Notes under the pieces: generated by a model | What the model was told of the DNA's origin: nothing | Database searches by the model: none | What the model saw: the letters and a program-made list of their open reading frames with translations, nothing else | Made by a program: the position numbers and the translations under genes | Part shown: positions 53,531-64,000 of the stretch, one piece after another | Layout of the letters: the number at the start of each line of letters is the position of its first letter | Numbering within the stretch: the first letter of the stretch is position 1 | Assembly (NCBI GenBank): GCA_951406725.2 | Contig: OX597827.1 | Coordinates: 70,184,001 to 70,248,000, forward strand | Direction: 5' to 3' | From: Octopus vulgaris | Lineage: Eukaryota | DNA: 64,000 nt

Positions 53531-53600
<70 letters not shown>

Positions 53601-55765
53601 CATATATATATATATCATCACCATCATCATCATCATCATCATCGTTTAACGTCCGCTTTCTGCGCTGGCACGGGTTGGACGGTTCGACCGGGGTCTGGGA
53701 AGCCAGGGGCTGCACCAGGCTCCAGTCTGATCTGGCAGTGTTTCTACAGCTGGATGCCCTTCCTAACGCCAACCACTCCGCGAGTGTAGTGGGTGCTTTT
53801 TACGTGCCACCTACACGTGCCACCTGCATGTGCCACCTGTATGTGCCACCTGCACATATTATTATTTAATTGAACGCCATGCATCCATTTCCAAGTATGT
53901 ATGTATATATATGAAACAAAATATATTGTTTGGTTTATATCAAGTTTTATATGAAAACAATTTAGTATTAAACTAGATTCAAAATATCTTATACACAAAC
54001 ACACACATGCACATACACACTCACAAATGCATACATACATACTTACATATAAATTTGAGAAGGTGTGTAATTAATACAGGATGTAAATATCGTGAATGCA
54101 ACACCCTAGCCACTAGGCCATGCGCCTTCATATATGTGTGTGTGTGTGTGTGTTATTGAGGTTGTGTAGTTTTGTCTTCCACCACCATCATTTTACAGCC
54201 AGTGTCATTTATATCCCTGTAACTTAGTGGATTAGCAAAAGAGGCTGCTAGATCAAGAACCAAACTTCAGAAGAAAATTAAGTCCTGGGTTCAAAGAGCT
54301 AATCCCTTCAATGTGGTGTCTCAACATGGCTGCAGTCCAATGACTGTGACAAAAGATATTGATGATATAGAGGTTAAATGGTTAATGTTATGAAAAAATT
54401 GAACAGGCACAGGAGTGGCTGTGTGGTAAGTAGCTTGCTTACCAACCACATGGTTCCAGGTTCAGTTCCACTGCATGGCACTTTGGGCAAGTGTCTTCTA
54501 TTATAGCCTCAGGCCGACCAAAGATTTGTGAGTGGATTTGGTAGAGGGAAATTGAAAGAAGCCTGTTGTATATATGTGTGTGTGTGTGTTTGTTTGTCCG
54601 CCCATCATCGCTTGACAACTGATGCTGGTGTGTTCACCTCAATGTAACTTAGCATTTCAGCAGAAGAGACAGATAGAATAAGTACTAGGCTTACAAAAAG
54701 TATGTCCTGGGGTCTATTTGTTGGACTAGACTAGAGGCAGTGTCCCAGCATGGCCTGCAGTCAAATGACTGAAACAAATAAAAGAATAAAGCACAAAAAC
54801 AGAAAGAAAAAAGAAACAAAAAAAAAATTAAATACTTGGCCCTTTTAAAGTATCTAACAATATAGCCTTTATCTATTTTACAAACTATTATCAAGGTACA
54901 CAAAAACTAAGGGAAACTACAATTAAATGTCATGCACACCCACACATACCATCATTCTTGATATACATGTGACTTTCAATAAACTCTGTCCCATAAAAAT
55001 GACAAGTTCTCTGACAAGTGATCTTTCATAAAAGGTCAGCAGTCTGCTTGGCTGTGCTTGGAACAGATGTTTGAGTGGAGACTCATTGACAACAATTATT
55101 TCTCTTCTATTTGGACATCTTTTTAGTTAAAGGCTCTCACTCTACTTACAAGTTCACTGTCTGCTTTATCTGTCTTGCCTGCCTTCTCTGTCAGCCTGTC
55201 TATGTCTGTCTTGTCTGTCTTGTCTGTTTGTCTGTCTTGCCAGTTTGTCTGGCTGTCTGTTTAGCTGCCTGCTTGTCTGTCTGTCTGTCTGTCTCTCTGA
55301 CTCTCTCTCTGTCTCTTTCTCTCTCTCTCTCTTTGTCTCTCTCTCTCTGTCTGTCTCTCTGTCTCTCTCTGTCTCTCTCTCTCTTTCCCCTCCCCTCCAT
55401 CCTCTCTCTGTCTCTCCCTTTCGCCTCCCCTCCATCCTCTCTCTGTCTGTCAGTCTCCCTATCTCTCTCTCTTCCCTTCCATCAACTCTCTTTCTTACTC
55501 CTGCTCCTCATTCTTCTTTATCCCCTCTCTCCTTCCCTCCATTCACTCTCCTCTTCCTCTGCTTCCTCCTCCTCTTTCACCCTCTCATCCTCCTCCTCCC
55601 TCTCTCATTCTCTCTATGATTCTATTTCTCTCCTTTCCCCTACCTCTTTCACATTTTGTGCTTCTTCATCTAAATATTTTCTACTTTTATCTCCGGATGC
55701 TTCTGTTTTCATAAATAAATATGTACAGTGAAGTCATATACAATAATATTTAATAAACATATCTA

Positions 55766-55823
<58 letters not shown>

Positions 55824-55969
55824 ATCACGTGACCGACCAGACCATCAGATGTTGTTACACATCGCTGGTCACAATGCGTTCGCATTGTTTTAGCCTTCGA
55901 ATGACGCCACCCTGCTGGCTAAGCGAGCAGGCCATATATATATATAAAAATATATATAAAAAAAAAATC

Positions 55970-56021
<52 letters not shown>

Positions 56022-59000
56022 GATTCTATACATAAAAAAATCGGGGCTTAAACAGCTCAAAATGGAGGTCCATCATTTTACCTTTCCTTACAACCTGCTG
56101 AAGTTATGGAGAGTAGTATTTGTTATAGGAAACAAACAAGATTATGACAAACATGATGAAGATGGTAGAAAGGTTGACAGTTGGATGTTAACAGCTTGAG
56201 TATCACAATAGTTTTGAATAACTGTGTAGAAGTCATCATATATAATATACTTAATAAACATATTTAGTCTTATTGTGTTAATAATTAAGTTATTAATTAT
56301 TATATGTGAAAGCATGTAGTGTAGTGGTTAGGGTATTGCACTCACGATTGCCAGATTATGGGTTCGATTCGCAGAGCAGGTGGCATGTTGTACTCTTGAG
56401 CAAAACACTTTACTTCACATTGCTCTAGTGTTGTATGGGGACCAGCATGCCAAAGAATAGACCCAGCGTTTTCCCTGCATGTTGTTAAAGGTAACTAAAA
56501 GAGGGTGACATAGGATTTGCACTCTGACCTCATAAAAACCCTCACCAGCAACAACTACCCAAACAGAACCATGGGTTGCAGCAGTGGCTCTTAACCCTTT
56601 TTTCTATATATTGACCCCTTTGATTCCTATTTTTTCTTAGGTGGACCCTCGTAGCCATTCAATATTCAAAACAATCTTATTGTGCTTTTGTAATTAAATA
56701 TGTACAGGAATGGCTGTGTGGTAAGTAGCTTGCTTACCAACCACATGGTCTGGGTTCAGTCCCACTGCATTACACCTTGGGCAAGTGTCTTCTACTATAA
56801 CCTTGGGCCGACCAAAGCCTTGTGAGTGGATTTGGTAGACAGAAACTGGAAGAAGCCCATCATGTATCTCCCTCTATATATATATGTATGTGTGTGTATA
56901 TGTTTGTGTGTCTGTGTTTATCCCCCCAACATCACTTGACAATCGATGCTGGTGTGTTTATGTCTCCATAACTTAGCGGTTCAGCAAAAGAGACCAATAG
57001 AATAAGTACTAGGCTTACAAAGAATAAGCACTGGGGTCGATTTGCTTGACTAAAGGCGGTGCTCCAGAATGGCCACAGTCAAATGACCGAAACAAATAAA
57101 AGAATAAATATTATTAAGAATTGTATTGTAGAAGTATAGCCATTTTATTACATATAAATTTTAACAGCATAATGTTACGTCCCCTCAACCCCTAAGGGTC
57201 ATATGGACCCGTGTTGGGAACCACTAGGTTGAGAAGTTGTCACCTGAGTGGTGCAAAGGCACCACCCACCAAGAGTAGGGAATCACCAACAAATGGTGGA
57301 TGCAGTGACATGCTGTTACAGTGCATGCTCCCCTGCTGCTGCTGCTGTTACTACTACTACTACTACTACTACCACTACCACCACCACCACCACCACCAAC
57401 ACCACCACCACTACCACTACTACTGCTGCTGCTGCTGTTACTGCTGCTGTTACTGCTGCTGTTGCTACTACTTCTGTTGCCGCTGCTGCCACATTTAATT
57501 TATGAAGCATTAAAAAGTTAATTCAATGTAATTACCTGATGTGGCAATTATCATATTAATCAATGACTAATGATATAATCATTACTCCACTCAGCTTTTT
57601 ATGTTCTGAGTTTGAATTCTGCCAAGGTTGACTTAGCCTTTCATCCTTTCAGGGTCAGTCAAATAAATACCAGTCAAGTACTGGGATCGATGAAGTTGAC
57701 TTACCCACTCCCTTCAAAATTGCTGGCCTTGTGCCAAAATCAGAAAGAATATTATTCTGATAACTTTGTCAAATATTGATATCTTAAAAGCATTCAGTTA
57801 TGCTTGTATGTGCAATGCCCTGTCCCCACTCCTCTCTCCCCTTTCCCTGACATGTGGAGCATTACCCCCCACCCCGTGGCTATGGTACTAAATAACTGCT
57901 GTACTCACCTGAGACTAGTATCAGTCCATGTTACAGTCTGTCCTCATCATCCTTTCCTATACCATTTCAACCAATCACCACTTTTCTGTGCCTTCAGCCA
58001 CAGCTCTCTCTCCCTCTCTCCCTTTCTCTCTCTCTCTCTCCTCTGCTATCATTCTCAATGCCCTCCCATATCTGCCATCATAATCCATCTACTAAAGTCC
58101 CTTATGTATCCCTATATCTCTCTCTCCACTGCCCCTACACCTACTACTTTTTCGATTCTCCTTCCTAATCCAGTTCTTCATCTCCCATTTCATCCTGCCA
58201 CATAATGAAATTTTCCATCATCTCCTTCCACCCACCCCACTTCTTCATCACTCAGTACATCAACCTCTACTCCCATCTGTTCAACTCCCCACTCACACTC
58301 TTATGTAAGCAACCACTGCCTCATCCCCTCCCATGATCCACTGTCCATGTCCTCTCTTATGCTTTCCTTCTGTGTTCCTTGAGAGTTTGCTCTTGTACCC
58401 CATCACTACCTTCCTCTTATCTCCTTCAGCCATGTACCTCCTCTATAGCAAAACACCTGTGCTTGTCCCTCCATCATACTTTTACCCTTTCAACCCTTGG
58501 CATACAGTTACCCACCACTACCTTTTCCTCCCAAATACTTCCTCTTAATAAGGAGCTTCTTTCTGTTTCCTTCCTCTCTCTTCTTTTCTGGCTTGCAAAT
58601 TATTTACTCTTTTACTTGTTCCAGTCATTTGACTGCGGCCATGCTGGATCACTGCCTTTAGTCAAGCAAATCGACCCCAGGACTTATTCTTTGTAAGCAT
58701 AGTACTTATTCTATCGGTTTCTTTTTGCCAAGCCGCTAAGTTATGGAGACGTAACCACACCAGCATCAGTTGTCAAGCGATGTGGGGGGGGGGGAACAAA
58801 CACAGACACACAAACACACAAACACACACACACACACACAAACATATATATATATATACATATATACGACAGGCTTCTTTCAGTTTCCATCTACCAAAAT
58901 CCACTCACAAGTCTTTGGTCGGCCCGAGGCTATAGTAGAAGACACTTGCCCAAGATGCAATGCAGCGGGACTGAATCCAGAACCATGTGGTTGGTAAGCA

Positions 59001-59559
59001 AGCTACTTACCACTCAGCCACTCCTACGTCCATAGCCACTCCTACTTGGCAACTTCGTTTGTGTTAGTGGCACAAAAAACAAGCAAACAAAAAAAAGCAC
59101 ACAATACATTCTGTAAAGTGTTTGGTGTTAGGAAAGGTATCCAGCTGTAGGAACCGTACCTATGATGACATTAGAGCTCAATACAGTCCTACAGCTTGTT
59201 GGTCCCCTGTCAAATTGTCCTGCCCATGCTAGCATGAAAAGCAGACATGAAATAATAATGATGATGATGAACATGATGATGAGGGGTGAGACATCTCTGG
59301 ATACTGGATATGTTTTGGTTTTATCAGACCACCTCAAGAAAGAATAGATTTCACTATGACTTGCTGAAGTAGGAAAACAAAAAGCAAAGTAGAAATACAT
59401 TAAAAAAAATTGTGTATTTTAGATGTATGATTATGCATGTTTATACATCAGGAAATGAATTGTGTGTATATTAGTGTGTGTACATATGTAAAAATGTATA
59501 TATAAGTACATGTATGTATGTATGTATGCATGTATCTATGTATATATCTATCTACCTAC

Positions 59560-59639
<80 letters not shown>

Positions 59640-59699
59640 TTACCTATCTATCTATCTGTCTGTCTGTCTGTCTAGCTAGCTATCTATTTACCTATCTAT

Positions 59700-59733
<34 letters not shown>

Positions 59734-60778
59734 GTCTGTCTATCTAGCTATCTATTTACCTATCTATCTATCTATCTTTTTATCTCTGCATCTATCAGTC
59801 TGTCTGACTGTCTATGTTTATCTGTCTACTTGTCTATTTATCTGTCTGTTTGTATGTATTCACATGTATATGTACGTATATATGCATGTATGTATAGCTG
59901 TCTTCCCACCTTACACCCATCTACTGCATAACATTGTCTGCTTCTTAAACCCTCTGGTACTTTAAGTCTACTAAGTGATTGGAACTCCCCCAATTCTAAG
60001 CTGACTACTTATGTCAGCAAATATGCTTTACCTCTGACTCATCAGAAAACACCTTTCCTTGGTATGTACCTCAATACCCATTACACAACCAAAGCTCTTC
60101 CCACCCACCTCAGTCAGAATAGTTCACTAATAGTCTCACAAAGAACACAGCATACTTATTCTGTAAAAGTGTTAACACATTGATAATAAAACATGCAGTA
60201 TGAACATAAATACATTTCTCAACCTCTCGACCCCGTGGTTCCAGGTTCAATCCTAATGTGTTGTACTTTGGGCAAGCGGCTTCTTTCATATCTGGAGGAA
60301 ATTACTCAGTGTCACTTGAAAGGCATTCCCTACTAATACAACATATGCTGTCTGACCACCAGGAAGTAAGAAGATTCCTTCTTTTCTGAATTGTGTCTGA
60401 GTTATTTTGGTCCAAAGCCAAAATTATCTCTAGTAAATTTTCAGCTTCCTCTTACTTACCGTTCTCAATGAATGTAGCTGGGAAGTATTACGCCTCTTGA
60501 TAAATCCATCACAACTGCTACCCACTCCACTTCTTAACTTCACTCAACACACTCACTTCCTAAATCACCATGTGCATACTGTTGCCAAGTATGAAAACTA
60601 TTCTGGTCTCCTCTGCCAAACAAGGGTGATTAGTCCTGACAGCTTTTTTTTTTTCAACATCCTCAAACAATATACTCTCAAGCTTGCCTTCCTGTCATCT
60701 TCAAACTCTTCAATATTTATAAGAATCTGACTCAGAAAATACTAGTACAATTTCCATTGATACAGAATTATCAAAGAC

Positions 60779-61090
60779 ATGTCATTCTCTGAAGATCCTA
60801 TGTCGTTCTCTGAAGATCCTATGTCGTTCTCTGAAGATCCTATGTCATTCTCTGAAGATCCTATGTCGTTCTCTGAAGATCCTATGTCATTCTCTGAAGA
60901 TCCTATGTCGTTCTCTGAAGATCCTATGTCGTTCTCTGAAGATCCTATGTCGTTCTTCTGAAGATCCTATGTCGTTCTCTGAAGATCCTATGTTGTTCTC
61001 TGAAGATCCTATGTCATTCTCTGAAGATCCTGTCGTTCTCTGAAGATCCTATGTCGTTCTCTGAAGATCCTATGTCGTTCTCTGAAGATC
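60779..61090. repeat. 21-bp minisatellite (atgtc(g/a)ttctctgaagatcct), about 15 copies
   Basis: Direct reading; no spacers; one 1-nt insertion and one 2-nt deletion. Confidence 0.97.
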
Positions 61091-61622
61091 TCTTTTCCTC
61101 AAGAGCTTCAACAAAGGGAATGTTGTTATCCTTAATATCAACAAAGCATTTAAGTTAAAGTTTAACTTTAGTATGAAAGCCTTCTGGTGAAGTTGTCCAC
61201 TGATGAGCATAATCTGTCTTCTATCTTTCAAATTAAATGTTTTCTCTCAGACTCCACAATTTCTATGTTTGCTCTAACCTAGTGTGTCTCATATGGCCAC
61301 CTGCAAGGACTGTAGACTAGCAAGAAACTTACCATGATTACTAAATTAAGATGGTTTACAACTTTCTAACTTTTTAAATTTGTCCAATACCATGGTGAAG
61401 AAAGAAAAATTACAAAGATGCAGGGTGCAAAGTCTATTCTCTCTTCCTATTGATAAAGAGAGGACATATGACAAAAATATTCCACTAATATTTGGTTGGG
61501 TGGCAGTATCTGTCAATTTGAGGACCACTTCTCCAAGTGTTCTATCAGTTCTTGTGTGAGTGTAAATTTCAAAATTTTAACACATCCCCAACAGTCTTCC
61601 TTCTTCTTCAATTATGTTTTCT

Positions 61623-61855
61623 TATTTCTTTATTGCCCACAGTGGGGGCTAAACATAGAGGGGACAAACAAGGGCAGACAGAGGGATTAAGTCGATTACA
61701 TCGACCCCAGTGTGTAACTGGCACTTAATTTATCGACCCTGAAAGGATGAAAGGCAAAGTCGACCTTGGTGGAATTTGAACTCAGAACATAACGGCAGAC
61801 GAAATATGGCTATGCATTTCGCCCGGCATGCTAACGTTTCTGCCAGCTCGCCGCC
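61623..61855 (-). mobile_element. Monomeric full-length family B SINE
   Basis: 16-bp TSD ttcaattatgttttct (61607-61622, 61856-61871). Confidence 0.9.
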
Positions 61856-62867
61856 TTCAATTATGTTTTCTATTAATGACGATCTCTGCATTACCTCTAA
61901 CTAACCACACAGAGGATGCCATCCTCCATTCTTCTTTTACTTTCTGCTCATATATATATATATCAACTACTTGCAAACTAGATATTTCACACTATAGAAT
62001 GCCCTACTCTAGGAACAGAAACCTTGAAAACATCCTATAAAAGGAACATGACAACTTAGTTTCTTGAACTGTTCCTCCTTACTCCTGTTTCCCTTCCACT
62101 GTCATGTAGTAGTCTTTAAAAAGGGACCATTGGCTATATCAACCTCACTGGTCTTAGAGGGCCAGTGCGGGTTCTTTCAGACCAAACCAAAAAGAATACA
62201 TACGTTTCAACAACTAAAAAAGTAATCTGTATGTAGTAATTCAAACTGCTAGAAATAGCTGTCAAATCTCTTTTAAATCACATACTACTATCTTAAAAAA
62301 TGATAATATCTTAGACTATAATGGACAACAATATTAGATACATGAGCCTGAAGGAGAAAGATATATGATCAGAGACGAAATGCTTTTGATTATATGTCTA
62401 CTCAACCAGGGTTGACCTAGGGCAACTAAATCAAAAGCTCTTTTTCCTCAACTGAAAGTAATATGAACGCCCCCACCTCTGCCCTGCATAGTCATGGTTG
62501 TTTGGCTAAGAAGTACATTTCACAGTCACATGGTCATAGGTTTGATCCTACTGTGCAGCAACTTGGGCAAGTATCTTCTGTTATAACCTCAAGCTGACAA
62601 AAGCCCTGTGAGTGGATTTAGTAGATGAAAACTAGAAGAAGTCCTTGATTTAGTTGCATTTGTCAATTGCTATTTTCATCTTATATATTCTACAAAGGCA
62701 CAGGTGTGGCTATGTGGTTAAAAAGCTCATTTCAATCTTGGTTCAAGCTTGTTTCAGTCTTGGCTCTATCCTACTGTGTGGTAACTCGAGTAAGTGTCTT
62801 CTACTATAACCCTGGGCTAACCAGAGCCTTGTGAGTGGATTTTTAGATAAATGGAAACTGGAAGAAG

Positions 62868-63126
62868 CACTAGCGTAGCTAGGAGGGGTGGATAGTAGGG
62901 GGTGGTCTGCTTTGGGCAGCACTTTTCATCTTGTAGGCTATAAGCCAGAATATATTATATTGAGATAGAATGGTACACAATAATTCCCAATATTATAAAA
63001 AAAAAAACTACTGGAAATGCATGACTTTTGGGTCAGCTGTAGGCAACATGGCTTTTTTGTGGGGTCTGTGAGTGGTGGAAAACGGAAGGACTGCCCCGGA
63101 CGGCATACACTCTAGCTACGCTAGTG
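62868..63126 (+). mobile_element. hAT-like MITE inserted in a degenerate family A SINE
   Basis: Perfect 15-bp TIR cactagcgtagctag; flanks ggaagaag/ggaagaga. Confidence 0.8.
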
Positions 63127-64000
63127 GGAAGAGATTTGTCTCACACACACACTCACACTCACAAACACACACACACAAACACACACACTCACACACACAC
63201 ACATGTATGTATGTACTTATATATGCGTGTATGTGTGTGTGTGTATTTAATATAGTGTACATTAAATGATATGTGTGTGTGTGTGCGCGCATGTGTGTGT
63301 GCACGCGTGTGGATGTATGTGTCTGCATATACCCTTGTCTTGACATCAGATAATGGTTGTAAATGAGCATCACCATCACACACATGATGCTGTTCATTTC
63401 TAATCTTCTGATTAAAACATGACTGGTCATGGGGAAGTATTTGCCTTACCTGGAATCGGGTGAAGTTTAGCAACAGGAAGGGCATTCAACCACAGACAAT
63501 ATGCCTCAATAAGTTCTGTCCAACCCATATCAGCGTGGCATACTGGATGTTTAATGGTTTTGCTGAGATATTTCTCTCTCTCTCTTCACTCATTAATTCA
63601 TTTTTAGAATATTTAAAATAATTAGAAATTGTTTACTTTAATTAGATATTTATAATTTCACTAATTATGTATGTATATTATAGGTAGAATATTGAAGCTT
63701 GTAAAGTTGTTATTGTTTAACCTAAAGTGAACCCTAAACAGACCTGTGAGTAGAGGCATTCCAGTAATGAGCTACCTGCCATTTTTTTTTACTAAGCTAG
63801 TATATCTAGAACCATGAAGGCGCATGGCTTAATGGTTTGGGTATTTACGGTTGTGAATACCCTAACTGAACGCACGGTCATGAGTTCAATTCCCAGCAAT
63901 GCATTGTGTCCTTGAGCAAGACACTTTATTTCACGTTGCTTTAGTCAACTCTGCTGGCAAAAATGAAAAGTACTGTAGTACCTGTATTTCAAACGGTCAG

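Larger units (their letters stand above)
59930..62070 (+). pseudogene. Very old CR1/Jockey-like LINE remnant interrupted by younger repeats
   Basis: VVILNINKAF (LDISKAF-like) near 61125; HTEDAILHSS (YADD.TLH-like) near 61905. Confidence 0.4.

Noticed and set aside
60779-61090. CRISPR-like array or repeat protein
   Set aside because: Contiguous tandem units without spacers; frame broken by indels; eukaryotic context

Overview
Eukaryotic, AT-rich, repeat-dominated DNA with no confidently identifiable host protein-coding gene. The SINE families, (TA)n/(CA)n/(TATC)n/(CAT)n/(CTT)n density and TTAGGG tracts point to a cephalopod (Octopus-like) genome; this is inferred from recognising the repeats, not from a search. 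Almost all long ORFs in the track are microsatellite artefacts. Real coding remnants are all transposon-derived and broken: a CRE-like RLE non-LTR 3' end, a maT/DD37D Tc1-mariner, a pogo/Tigger, a Chapaev3-like element, an RTE LINE with a PHD-like finger, and CR1/RTE fragments. Many MITEs have readable TIRs and TSDs. Most notable: (1) several minimal hammerhead-ribozyme-like motifs in Penelope-like terminal repeats with different 3-8 core pairs (G3-C8, U3-A8, C3-G8); (2) a tRNA-derived SINE that repeatedly forms head-to-tail concatemers joined at the same hairpin position, with one dimer flanked by a single TSD; (3) an 809-bp foldback element with a perfect 8-bp TSD nested in a Tigger; (4) a diverged non-coding duplication with perfectly kept 17-bp cores; (5) a visual CpG-decay boundary hinting at an unannotated gene body. 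All coordinates were read by eye; boundaries of old elements are approximate.
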